Made by a program: the position numbers and the translations under genes. From Ascoidea asiatica JCM 7603 (Eukaryota > Fungi > Ascomycota): a stretch of 64,000 nt of DNA. The notes beneath the pieces are model-generated. The model was not told the DNA's origin, searched no databases, and saw only the letters and a program-made list of their open reading frames with translations. This document shows positions 25,120 through 40,538 of this stretch, piece by piece; positions within the stretch are counted from its first letter, which is position 1, and every line of letters starts with the position of its first letter. The stretch lies in contig BCKQ01000001.1 in NCBI GenBank assembly GCA_001600695.1, positions 734,432 through 798,431 of the forward strand. Reading direction: 5' to 3'.

Positions 25120-25649
25120 CTATTGTATTAAAAAGTTGAAAAAAATATGTTAGTATGTTATTATTTCTTATTTTTTATAAAAATATATATTCATATCATT
25201 TATCATTGCTTCATTAATCTAAACAACTAATTTTTCAAATAATATATTCAATAGATTGAATACTATTTTGTTTACTTTGATTTTCTATATTGACTCAGAA
25301 TATTTGATACTATAAATTTCAAAAGATTCTATAGGATTTTTAAAATTTTCAAAATTTTTCATTTTTCCTTTATTTATATTGATTTGTATGTATTAATTTG
25401 TATTTGAATTTTCCTTAATTTTCCATTATTATAATATATATTTTAATTTTAAATTGTTATTTATTGTCTTTTTTTTTATTATTTTTCATTATTCGACTAA
25501 CAATATTTCCTTTATGGAAATATTCTCTCAGTTTTTTTTTTTTGAAAAAAAAATAATTTTTCAAAATCAGAAACAAAACCGATAATATATTATTATATGA
25601 ATATGAATATGAATATATATTGATTTTTTAATAAATAAAAATAACCTAC
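25120..25649 (-). other. 5'-UTR intron of COX4
   Basis: TACTAAC at 25155-25149, pyrimidine tract, TAG acceptor ending 25120, 21 nt before the ATG. Best donor is GTAGGT at 25649 (donor uncertain). Confidence 0.7.
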
Positions 25650-26519
25650 ATTATTAAATTATTAATTTATTTGATGAAATCAAGGATCTTATTCTAATAT
25701 TAAAAAAAAAAACTATGAATATTGAATATTGAATATTGAATATTGATTAATGATTAATGATTAATGAATATTGATTATTATATTGATATCAGAAAAATAT
25801 TCAATATATTCATTCTTTTATCTATGTGATAACAGTAACAGTAGTTAAAGCAGGCTACAAATCTGCTCACTTTTTCAACAAGCCAAAGGATTTTATTGGC
25901 CCGTTGTTGCTTCTTCGGGGCTCTTCCACTCACAAAACACGTTATTACAACACTGCGGGTACACTGCGGGATTCGTTAAGTATGTGCACTTGCAACTTTC
26001 GGGGTATTTTCCCTAACAAAACACTGCGACCCGCAAACACGCCACTCTGCTTTTATTAGGGCTGGTTCTGATTGGTCAAACACAGAACGTGCATAAAACA
26101 GCCTAAATCACGTGCGTTTTTTGTCCTGATCAAAAATAATACCAGGACACTGTGTCCTAAATATTATAAGCATACGCCCTATAAAGCAAAGGTGCTCTTA
26201 TGCACTACATCACTGTTCACCACTTCCTAATGCATATTTCATTTTGTACAGATAAATTTCTAATAAATTTTAAATAAATTTCAAATTAAATCTCTGATAA
26301 ATCTGTTTTTATTCTAGTTTTATACATTTAAAAACAATTGTTTAGTATTTATTAAATATTTTATGTAACTGTTATTTAAAAACTATATTATCTATATAAT
26401 AATATTATATTATAATATAAATAATAGTAATCTCTGTTTTGTTTATTTTATTCCCATAATTTCTTAAATTATTTTGCATTTCACATTTTTCATCTTTATC
26501 AAAGCAATTAACTCAAGAG

Positions 26520-26607
<88 letters not shown>

Positions 26608-26617
26608 AAAAAAAAAA
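26520..26617. repeat. Long poly(dA:dT) tract A51-TTT-A29-GAGG-A11
   Basis: Directly visible. It reads as poly(U) on the PAP1 sense strand, ~345 nt after the stop. Confidence 0.95.
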
Positions 26618-26960
26618 CATTAAGTTGACAATGATTCAAATAAAATAAGATTTACTAATCTTATTGATTAAACTAAATATAAATGCTTTTTCTTTTTAAA
26701 AAATTTTTGAAAATTTTAAACACAATCTAAAAAGAAAAAAAAAAATCTACAATTATAATAAATATTAAAAAAGGATAAAGATAAAAATTAAAGTAATTAA
26801 ACAATAAACGCAATGATAAAGATAAAAAAATAAAAATGAACATAAACCATAAGCATTAAATAATGAGTAATACAGAATATTATATTAAAATCAAATTATA
26901 GTATCTTTTTTTTTTTGGTTATCATATTATTCAATTCATTCATAATTCATAATTATGAAT

Positions 26961-29039
<2,079 letters not shown>

Positions 29040-30098
29040 TTAAAGTGAAGTAAAATGAAATAATTTTTTTATTTTTTTTTTTTGTATGAATTATGAATTA
29101 TGAATTATGAATTAAAAGCAAAAAGTGGGAAAGAAAAAAAAAAAATTAAAGAGCAAAAAGAAATATTAAAAAGTAGAAAATTCAAAGGAAGAAACCTTAG
29201 AACAAAAAGAAAAGAAAAGAAAAGAAAAAAGAACACTAATTAACAAAATAAGACAAAATTGAAAAATATTGAGTAGGAAGTATAATAAGACAATAAGAAA
29301 TGATCAATGATTAATGATTAATGATTAATGAATTATAGAATATTATAATATATTTGAATAATTATATTGTTAAAAAAAAACAATTAAAAAGGAATTAATA
29401 ATTTCCTTTTTGATTTATTTTTATAAATTATAGATTATAAATTTTAGATTATAAATTTTAGATTTTAATTTTTAATTTTTAAATTATAAATTTTAATAAA
29501 AGGTGTTGTTTATAAAAACTAGAATTGAATTGAATTGAATTGGATTTGATTGAATTATTGTCTATTTTAATGAATAAATGAATTAATATATAATTGAATG
29601 GAGATTGAAAAGAATAATGAAATCCAAATTGATTGATCTATTGAATATATTAAATATATTAATAAATATATTAATAAATATACTAATAAATATATTATTT
29701 AGTGTATTAATTAGTGATATATTGATTAGCATTATTTGTGAGAGAGAAGCAGATTTGGATACCTTTTCATATTCCACAATTCACGCAGTGTGTAGAGCAC
29801 CGGATAATAGAGCCGGGCACGGATGGTTGTTTATACACGGATTAGGTAAGCAGAGATACACGTGACTGTTTTATATAAATTAAAATTTCATGAGTTAAAT
29901 TAACGTTAACTTTGAATATGGTGATAATAATGATATTGATATTGATATTGATATTGATACTGGAGTACGGTAGTTTTATTGTAGAGAGTGAAGTATGTAA
30001 ATAAGTAAGTAAAGACATTATGTTTAATCATTATATTGACATAAGAAGATATAAAGTAGGAGAGTAAGAAAGAATTATATAAGTAATTAAGTAATTAA

Positions 30099-31415
30099 TT
30101 AAATGGCAACAGATTTATGAAAGTTTCTACCAGCATAAATTGCTTTATCACCTAATTGTTCTTCAATTCTTTTAATTTGATTTAATTTAGCTAATCTTTC
30201 AGATCTTGCAGGAGCACCAGTTTTAATTTGACCAGATCTTAAACCAACAGATAAATCAGCAATAAAAGTATCTTCAGTTTCACCAGATCTATGAGATACC
30301 ATTACACCCCAACCTGCAGCATATGAATCTTTTGCAGCTTGAATTGATTCAGATAAAGTACCAATTTGATTAACTTTTAATAATAAAGCATTTGCAGCTT
30401 TTTTTTCAATTGCAGTTTGAATTCTTTTTGGATTAGTTACAGTTAAATCATCACCAACAATTTGAATTTTAGTTTTTGTGAAAAAATGAGACCAAGCACT
30501 CCAATCATCTTCAGCAAATGGATCTTCAATTGAAACAATTGGATATTCATTCATTAAATCAGTATATAATTGAGCTAATTGTTCACCAGTTAACCATTTT
30601 GATGGATCTGAATTTGGATTTTTATAATCTAAATCATATTTATTATCATGATAAAATTCAGAACTTGCAACATCTAAAGCAATACCAACTTTTCCAGTAT
30701 AACCAGCTAAATCAATTGCTTTAACAATTAAATCTAAAGCTTCTTTTGGAGTTTGTAAATTTGGAGCAATACCACCTTCATCACCAACATTACCAGCACT
30801 TTGACCATATTCTTTTTTAGCTAAAGATTTTAAAGTATGATAAACTTCAGAACCAACTCTTAAAGCTTCAGAAAAAGTTGGAACATCTAAAGCTGCAATC
30901 ATAAATTCTTGAAATGCTAATTTACCACCAGCATGAGAACCACCATTAAGTACATTCATAAATGGTACAGGTAAAACATATGGATCTGGAGAATTTGATA
31001 AATCATGTAAATGTACATATAAAGGTACATTTTTTTCAGCAGCAGCAGCTTTTGCACAAGCTAAAGAAACTCCTAAGATTGCATTTGCACCTAATTTTGA
31101 TTTATTTGGAGTACCATCTAAAGAATTTAAAAATTTATCAAAATTTAATTGATCTTTAATATCTAAAAATTTTGAATTTTTTAAAATTTCTGGTGATATA
31201 ATATTATTAACATTTGAAACAGCTTTTAAAACACCTTTACCTAACCACTTTGATTTATCACCATCTCTTAATTCTAAAGCTTCATGAATACCAGTTGAAG
31301 CACCAGATGGTACAATTGATCTAAAAGTACCTAATTCAGTTGTTAATTCAACTTCAACAGTTGGATTTCCTCTTGAATCATAAACATAACGTGCAAATAC
31401 TTTTGAAATAGCCAT
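30099..31415 (-). CDS. ENO1: Enolase
   Basis: [54 protein letters not shown]. Confidence 0.99.
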   Translation of the reverse strand: MAISKVFARYVYDSRGNPTVEVELTTELGTFRSIVPSGASTGIHEALELRDGDKSKWLGKGVLKAVSNVNNIISPEILKNSKFLDIKDQLNFDKFLNSLDGTPNKSKLGANAILGVSLACAKAAAAEKNVPLYVHLHDLSNSPDPYVLPVPFMNVLNGGSHAGGKLAFQEFMIAALDVPTFSEALRVGSEVYHTLKSLAKKEYGQSAGNVGDEGGIAPNLQTPKEALDLIVKAIDLAGYTGKVGIALDVASSEFYHDNKYDLDYKNPNSDPSKWLTGEQLAQLYTDLMNEYPIVSIEDPFAEDDWSAWSHFFTKTKIQIVGDDLTVTNPKRIQTAIEKKAANALLLKVNQIGTLSESIQAAKDSYAAGWGVMVSHRSGETEDTFIADLSVGLRSGQIKTGAPARSERLAKLNQIKRIEEQLGDKAIYAGRNFHKSVAI

Positions 31416-32110
31416 TTTTAATAATAATTATATATAATAATTTTATAATAAAAATAATTGGTGTAATAATTGAGAGTAGTAATAATTGATAATAAATAAC
31501 AAGAATTAATAATTGATGAATAATAATTAGTAATTAATAATTGATAATTGGCAATTGAATGAATATATATATATATATTTCAATTAATTGATTAATTGAA
31601 TAAGAATATAAGAATATAAGAACAGAAGAACAGAAGAATAGAAAGATAAGATTAAGAGAATAAAAATACAAGTGTAAGGGAATATGAGAATAAATAAGGC
31701 TCGGGATGCTTGAGATGCTTTGGAGCTGAGATCGAGGAACAAGGGCAGTAAAGAAGCTAACTGGTGGTACTGGCAGTCAAGTGGTTATTACTGGCTACTG
31801 TCTCAGCTGTGCCACCACCCGCCGAGGGCCAGCGGCACACACCACAGTCCAGTTCAGTCACGTGCCAGCTAACACTAACACCTGCCACCATTTGATGTTC
31901 TTTCTCTTCTCTTCTCTTCTCTCTCGATTCTTCTTCTTTGTTCTTTCTTCTTCTTCGTTCTTTTGTTCTTCAAATGCTTCCGTGGCCGGGTGATGGTGCC
32001 ATGGCTCCGGGTGATGTTTTTGACTGCACACCACCACAGACACATGCTGCCTCGACCAGTACTCCCCCAGTTCTGGTCTCAGTCTTGTCTCCGGGCTCAA
32101 ACACACTAAA

Positions 32111-32173
32111 ACGCGTAATAAATAAATAAATAAATAAATCAAATAAATAAAATAAACTATTATTTTAACGCGT
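32111..32173. promoter_or_regulatory. Two MCB boxes (ACGCGT) upstream of DNA2
   Basis: ACGCGT at 32111-32116 and 32168-32173, 126-188 bp before the ATG of a replication gene. Typical MBF-driven G1/S promoter. Confidence 0.8.
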
Positions 32174-32298
32174 AATATATTCAATTTTTCAAATTTTCAA
32201 TAATAAACTAATATAAACTATTAAAAAATAATATAAACTGAAAATGATATTATATTATATTATATTATATAATATTATATGATAATGTATAATATATA

Positions 32299-33183
32299 AT
32301 GTTTAATTCAATCGATACTCAATTCAATAGACCTAATGTACATAGATTTAAAATAAAAGATATTAAAAAAGTTAATTTTTTCAAATTTAATCCATCAAAT
32401 AATAAAAAAATTAAAAAAGATCAATTATTATTAACACTTCAAAGAAATTCAATTTTTATACAAACTAATCAAGACAATCATATCCAGAATAATAATAATA
32501 AAGATATTGAAATCAAGAGAATCTTAATTAGAGATGTTTGGTTAAATTTAAATTACTCAATTAATCAAATCATTCATATTATTGATTTATCAAATCCATA
32601 TTTACATACTAAATCAAATTATATATTTAAATTACCAAATTTCTTAGATTTCTCAAATGAGAATAAATTCTTATTAATTTTAAATCCTGATTTATTATTA
32701 TCTTCAACTTTAATCTCAGATTCTATAAATTGTCAAAGAAGATCAATAATTAAAAATAATTTTAAATTTCCTGGAAAATTTAATATTTATATAATCTTAG
32801 GTAATTTAATTCATATTATTTTTCAAAATTTAATAAAATTAAATTCAATAAATAATTTAAAAATTTTAAATTTAATTGAAAATTTAATTAATAATAATTA
32901 TTTATTTCAAATTTTCTTAATTTCAAAATTTGATAATAATAATATTAATATTGATTCAATTAAAGATATTTTAAATAAACATTTAATTTTTATAAAATCT
33001 TGGATTTTAACTTATTTAAATAATTCTCCATTAAAATCTTCAATATTACCAAATTCAAATAATAAATCTCTTTTATCAATTGATAAAATTTATGATACTG
33101 AAGAATCTATTTGGTCTCCAATTTTTGGTATTAAAGGTATTATTGATATAACTTCAAATTCAAAATTATTCCCAAATATTAAC

Positions 33184-33237
<54 letters not shown>

Positions 33238-33504
33238 GATATAAAAAATAATGAATATTTAATTCCAATTGAAATTAAAACTGGAAAACAATATATTGAT
33301 CATAATATTCAAACAATTTTATATAATTTATTATTAAATCAAAGATATAATTTAGATATTTTAAATTTAAATAATTTTAATTTTTTAATATATACAAAAT
33401 TATCTAAATTTTTAAAAATTAATTCAAATTTAATTGATATTAAAAATATTTTAATTAAAAGAAATCAATTATCAATTCATCAATTAAATTTTAATTCTAT
33501 AAAT

Positions 33505-33552
<48 letters not shown>

Positions 33553-35715
33553 TTAATATTACCGGAAATTTTAAATAATTCAATTTGTGATATTTGTTCT
33601 TATAAAAATGAATGTTTAACTTTAAATAAATTATCAAATGATTTAAATAATTTAAATTTAAAAGAACCTTTATTACAAGAATCAATTAATTTAGATTCTA
33701 ATATAGATTTTAAAATAAACTTGAATCATATTAATTTTTATAAAAAATGGAATAATTTATTAAATATTGAAGAAAATTATTGTTTAAAAGATAGAAATCA
33801 ATCTTGGATTTTAAATTCAAATAAAAGAGAATTATTAAATGGTAATTGTTTATCAAATTTAATAATTTTTAATTCTAATTCTCAATTAAATTCTCAACAA
33901 AACTTAAACTCTCAATTAAATAATAATGAAAAAAATTATATAAATAAAAAATTTGAAAATAATAATGATTTTAAAAATACAACAATTATTTTCAAAAGAG
34001 ATCAAAATTCAAAAATTAATTCTCCTTTAAATTCTTCTCAATTATTTAAATATGATAATATAATATTAAGTGATGAAGATAATAATTTTGGTATTTCTTT
34101 TGGTTTTATAAATTCAATAAATCCTCAATTTATTTCAATTAATTTCTCAAAAGATCCAAATTTAGTTTTTGAATTAATTGAAAAATTTTCAATAAATTCA
34201 AATTCAAATTCAAATTCAAATACAACAACAACTACTACTACTTTATTTAAAACTTTTAGAATTGATAAATCCACTTATTTTGATTTATCTTTATCAAGAT
34301 TTAATTTATTAAATTTATTTTTACCAAATGGTGATATAAATACAAAAAAAATCCTAGTTGATAATAATCCTCCAACTTTTAATAATAATCCTTCAATTAA
34401 TGAAATTCTTAATTTAAAAAATAATTCTTTTGAAACAAAATTTAATCCTGATCAAATTAATGCTATGAAAAAAGTTTTAACTTCTGATCATTTTTCTTTA
34501 ATTTTAGGTATGCCAGGTACTGGTAAAACAACTTTAATTGCAAATTTAATTAAAATTTTAATAAATCAAAATAAAAAAATTTTAATAACTTCATATACTA
34601 ATAGTGCTGTTGATAATATTTTATTAAAATTAAAAGATATGAATATTTTAAATTTTATCAGAATTGGTTATAGATCAAGAGTTCATCAAGATATTAAAAG
34701 TTTTTGTCCAATTGAAAATGAAATTAAATCAATTGAAGAATTAGAAAAAACTTATTTTGATGTTCCAATAATTGCAACTACTTTACTTCAATCAAATCAT
34801 TGGTTATTTGAATATAGAGATAAATTTGATTATTGTATTGTTGATGAAGCTTCTCAAGCTACAATGCCAACATGTTTAGGACCTTTAAGATTAGCTGATA
34901 AATTTGTTTTAGTTGGTGATCATTATCAATTACCTCCATTAATAAATTCTCCAGAAGCTTCAAAAGATCTTTCTGTAAGTTTATTTAGAATTTTATCTGA
35001 AAAGTATCCAAATAGTATGGTTGAATTAACTTATCAATATAGAATGTGTAAAGAAATTATGTTATTATCAAATACTTTAATTTATGATGGTAAATTAAAA
35101 GTTGGTAATGAATTTGTTGCTAATCAATCTTTTAACATCCCAAATCCAGATTCTCTTGATCAAAATAATATTGCAAGTCAATTTTTAAGTCATCAATGGA
35201 TGGATGATATAATTAAAGAAGAATCAAAAGTTATTTTTTTAGATATTGATAAAGTACCTGCATTAGAAAATATTTCTAATGATCAAGTAAGTAATCCAAA
35301 AGAAGCTCTTTTAGTTAAACAAATTGTTGAAATGTTACTTTTTTGTGGAATCAAAGAAGAATCTATTGGAGTTATGACTTTATATAGAGCTCAATTACGT
35401 TTATTATCAAGACTTTTATATAAAAGAACAAATATTGAAATTTTAACTGTTGATCGATTTCAAGGACGTGATAAAGATTGTGTTATAATTTCATTAGTTA
35501 GATCAAATACTGAAAATAAAGTTGGAGAACTATTGAATGAATGGAGAAGAATTAATGTTGCAATGACAAGAGCAAGAAGTAAATTAATTATTCTTGGTTC
35601 TAAAAAGACTTTAGATCAGTCAAAGACAATTAAAGGATTTATCGATTTATTCGAGAAAAATAATTGGATTTACACTTTGCCAGAAAACGCAGATCAAGTT
35701 TACAACTTCGGTTAA
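32299..35715 (+). CDS. DNA2: Dna2 nuclease/helicase
   Basis: Fe-S cysteines (CQRR...CDICSYKNEC). RecB-like nuclease EE...GIIDIT...EIKTG. SF1 helicase GMPGTGKT, DEASQ, GDHYQLPP, QYRM, TVDRFQGRD, RINVAMTRA. Confidence 0.97.
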
Positions 35716-36178
35716 ATATTTAATATTCATAATACCTATAGATATTATTTACAATTTTTCTGGAGCTATGTTTTTGTATTAATAGTATTATATAGAGTTT
35801 ATTTATTAAGTAATAAATAAATAAAAAAGCAACTGGTAGCTGCTATACTAAATAAAGAAATTAGAAGAATAAAAGGGGAGATAGATATGAAAAAAATACA
35901 TGATAAAAAAGGAAAAAAAAAAAGTAAGTCATCCACATGTGTTCTTGGAAAACCGTAAGACCAAGTTCAAATTCCCAAATTGTCGAGTTTAAATAAATAA
36001 ATAGTGATGAAATCTAATACAAAATCAAAAGTAAAATAAAATCCAAATTGAAATTCAATGTAGCAATCGACAAAAGTGATAATAATAACAATAATAATAA
36101 TAATAATAATAACAATAATAAAATAATATATTTACAAAGGTAACAAACATAATCAAAAGTGAACAAATATGATTACAA

Positions 36179-38777
36179 TTAAGAATTTTGATTATTTTGG
36201 TTATTTTGTTGCAAAATTGAACTCAATCCAGGAATTGAATTAAACAAAGCTGAAATATCAGGGTTATCTTGTTGGGTTTGCATTGGCTGTTGTCGATTAG
36301 GACTCATCAAAGTATTGTTATTGATATTATTATTAATATTACTAGTTCCATTTGAATTACTAAATAAATTGGCTAATGGGTTTGAAGCTGGAGTAATTAA
36401 AGGAACATTAACTTGGTTCATTGGATCAGTTGATTCATCATCAGGCTGACCAGGTTTCGTAGAACGAGGACCATTTCTAGATCCATTTGTTGGCATTTTT
36501 TTACTAATTGCTTTTGAAGATAATCCTGCTCCTACTTCAATATCAGGTTCTTCTACTACAATACCATTAACTAAAGGTTGACCACCAGTTCCACCCCATT
36601 GAGCTTTTACTATCCATCTTTTATCAGCATCTGTTAATCTTTTTAAAGGGATTATACTGACACCACTTTGATATACACAACAATCTCTTGGGCCAAATCC
36701 TACACCCCATCTTGTTCTTAAAACAAGTTGAGAATTTGAGGCATCTTTTGCAAAAGAAGAAAGAATATTTTCAGCTTCTTTTCTTGAATAAACTTTAACG
36801 AAAGCATGTTTTCTTTCAGAGTTTAATATCACAGATTGAACTTCAGCATAGGGAGCTAATAAATCAGCTAAACCTCTATCATTCATATAAGGTGGAACAC
36901 CTCCAATAAATACAGTTCTACTTAATACTTTTATAGATCCTGCGGGTAAAGTATCATCGTAAGAAACAAATTTTTCTCTGTAATGGGGATTACTTGGTTC
37001 GTTCATTTCTCCAACAATAAGAGATTTTGGGGCACTACTACTTACATTTCTGTCTCTTGATCTATGATTACTATTACGACGACGATTATGGTTAAAGTTA
37101 TTACCTGGTGATCCAGATCTATTTCTTCTTCCATACATATTATTTCTATCATTTGATCTTCCACGATAGTTATTATTATTGTTATTCATATTATTATTAT
37201 TGTTAAAGTTATTCATATTATTACTGTTATTATTAATATTATTATTATTATTCATAGAACCATTTCCACGAAAAGTTTGAGAATTTTTAAATAATTCATC
37301 TTGAGATGGCATTGGAGGTCTATTAGCAAAATTATTCATATTATTAAAATTTGTCAGGTCATTGGTATTATTGAAACCATTCATACCATTGATATTGCTC
37401 ATACCATTCATACCATTGATATTATTCATGTTATTCATGTTATTCATACCATTGATATTATTAACATTATCATTATTTGATAATTGACCTTGTTTATTTG
37501 GTAAAATGTTTTGCATTTGTTGAAAAATTTGTAATAAAGCTGCAGGATCAGCAGCTTGATTATTACCAGATTGATTTTGAGGCATAAGATTTGAAATCAT
37601 TGAAGCTAAAATATTTGGATCAACTGGAGCAGGAGTATTAGTGTTTGCATTATTATTAATATTATTATTTTGGTTATAAGATTGATCCTGATTTTGATTT
37701 TGATTCCCAAATTGATTTTGATTAGAAAATTGGTTCTGGTTTTGATTATGATTTTGATTTTGATATGGATTTTGGAATCTATTTGCAGGAAGTACTGAAG
37801 AATGAGATGGAGTTAAGTTTGATAAATTGGATAAAATATCATTTGGATTAGTATTATTATTATTATTATTATTACTACTACTATTACTACTACTACTATT
37901 GGAATTACTACTTTTAATAATATCATGATTTGTATCATTATTGATATTATTTTGTGTATTATTATTGAGATTTGTAGACGGGGTTGAGGCTAAAGAAGCT
38001 AAAGATTTTAGTAAATCTAAAGGATTTCCAGAATCACTAGTACTACTAATATTACTAGCATTTGTAGTGATATTATCTTTTAAATCTGATGAATCATTAG
38101 AATCATTAGAATTATTAATTACTACGTTATTATTATAAAATTTATCAATAATTGATTGTAAAGAATCATAATCAAAAGTTTTTGAATTTTGCCAAATTAA
38201 AATTAATTTTTTAATTTTTTCTTTTTGATTTGAATTATCATTATTTTTAATTAAATTTAATAAAATTAAATTTAATAAATTTGGTAAAAAAGATCTTAAA
38301 TTTGATAAAGCATTTAAATAATTATTATAAGTTAAATCATTTGTTGATTTTTTTTTTTTTGAAATTGAAGATTGAAATGCTCTTGAAATTGAATCAATAA
38401 TATATAAAGCACCTAATTTATGAGTATAATTAATTTTTTTACAATGTTCATGTAAATGATCAATTAAAGTTTCTTGTAACTAAAATAAAAGGTTTGAAGT
38501 TAGTAAAAGAAGTTTTCAATAAAAAAAAGTTTTTTTTTTGCTCTTTTTTTACAATATTTTGTCTTACTGTATATTATATTATCATATGATTTAATATAAT
38601 ATAATATAATAAAATATAATATATTTTTCAATACAATACAATACATACATCACTATTTTTAATTATTAAATCAGTTAATTTTTTAATTCTTGTACCGGAA
38701 ACACCAGGAGGATCTAAAGAAGGAAATTGGGATAAAATTTTATCAAAATTTTCAATTATATCTTTTTTATTTGACAT
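36179..38777 (-). CDS. NRD1: Nrd1 termination factor (CID + RRM), two exons 38777-38649 and 38479-36179, ~809 aa
   Basis: Exon 1 MSNKKDIIENFDKILSQFPSLDPPGVSGTRIKKLT. Intron 38648-38480 (GTATGT, TACTAAC 38505-38499, TAG). Exon 2 HKLGALYIIDSISRA (CID) is in frame with the RRM SRTVFIGGV...HAFVKVYSR...RWGVGFGPRDCC. The ORF track only shows the portion from 37600. Confidence 0.96.
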
Positions 38778-40538
38778 TTTACACAATAAATAGTTTATAA
38801 ACTTTACAATAGAATATATGAATATATGAATATATGAATATATGAGTATATATTAGTGTTTCTAAAATAATATCACGAAAGATAGATAGGTTATTAATAA
38901 ATTTACTTTGAAACAATTAATTAAATTAGATTACTTGAATAACTACTGAATATTATAAATAAGTTATTATTATTACTATTTTTATTTTAGTTTATTACTT
39001 TATATAATAAAATTCAGATCTCAAAGTAGAAACACCGAGAAGAGATTTATTAATAATTGAGTAAAATTTAATAAAGGGAAATAAAGAAATATATGGAAAA
39101 TAAAATACCAAATAAACAAAAAAGAATATTAAATTTATTATTGAATGTTCTTTTTGTTATTTAAAATATTATCTCAAATACTTTTTTTTTTTCAATTACT
39201 TAAACAATGAATAAATAAATGAAAAAAAATAAAATTTAAACTAAAAGTGAAACAAATGGAATATAACTTATATAATTTGCACCAATTATAATTATATGTT
39301 AAGATCTTAAGCTTAATATTGATGATATTCTTGTTCTAATTGATCTTATTGTTTTTGTTATTCTACTTATTATTCTTCTTTTTCTTCTTATTTGTCTTTG
39401 ATTACTGTGTTTTATATTGTTTATTTTTACGAGTTGGATTGAAACAAGATGTAAAGTTTTTAAGGAAATTAAAAAGGAGGCGAAAAATGAAGAAATTTCC
39501 TTGTTTAAATACTTTTGTTTTCTGGAGGGGTCTTGTTTGCGGCATGGAAAACAAGATAAGCAAAGTCATGTGACTCTAGCACGTGATGCTGAAGGATGAC
39601 CTTCTATCCCCAAAAAAGGCAATTGAAACTCCGGCTTTTCCAAAATCAAAACTGGTCACTAAAGCGTGACGTTGCTTCTAGCAACAAAGTGACTTCCGAC
39701 CAGGTTTGCCAAGTGATTGGTGCATGTGAACTTGTCTTCATGCGCAACAATAAAAGCCTGATGCTGCTCATAAAGATGTAACGCGCGGGTTGGTTGCTGC
39801 GTTGCGTGTTCTGAACGTTGTGTTGTTGCCTGAGAGGTGCAAGCGGTCAATTCAGGCTCTGCATGCGCCACCGACAAAGAGCGCAGGGCTTTGGGCCAGC
39901 ACCCCTGCACTGGCTTTTGCGCTCTTGATTATCTTTCTTATCGGGCAGAAACGAACCTTCGCAACATTCTTACTCGCTGGGACAGTACGGCAAGTAGTGC
40001 TACAGTGCTACGGTGCCTAACTAGCTGATACTACTCTTAATACTGCTACAGTAGTATATTGAATGTTTATGATTTTATTGCTTTTGATTCACCTTATTGA
40101 ATACATTTATATTTATTTATATCCATTTAATCAGATATTCATTCTGTTTTATATTTTGATTTTATTTTCTTTTTAAACAACCTTTGAATTATATTCCTTT
40201 TTTGTTTCTTTTAAATTATCTCTGATCTCATTTTACTTGGAATTTTTAAAATATTTTACATAACTTTCAATACAGCGCTATATTTAAATCATCTCAAAAT
40301 CATCGATTTTATATTTTTTTTACTCCTGTTATTTCAAATTTCTGTTTTTGTCTCAAATTAAAATCAAAAGTTCTCAACAAACAAAATACTTTAAACCATT
40401 TTTTTTTTATATTTTATATTTTATATTATTCCCTTTCGATAAATACAAATATATTCCTCATTTCTTTGTTCTTGGTGGTCTTTATTTATAATCATCTATA
40501 ATTTCTTTAACTTACCTATATAAAAAAAACTCAACCTT

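Noticed and set aside
26122-26149. CCTGATC...ATAATACCAG resembling a TPP riboswitch core
   Set aside because: No upstream CUGAGA, no GCG..AGG closure and no thiamine gene nearby. Better explained as the TGTCCTG/CAGGACA inverted repeat.
39340-40028. Short ORFs within GC-rich islands (also 15087..15449, 31781..32184, 44036..44457, 63012..63290)
   Set aside because: Mostly non-ATG starts and non-host codon usage, located in motif-bearing promoter islands where stops are simply rarer.
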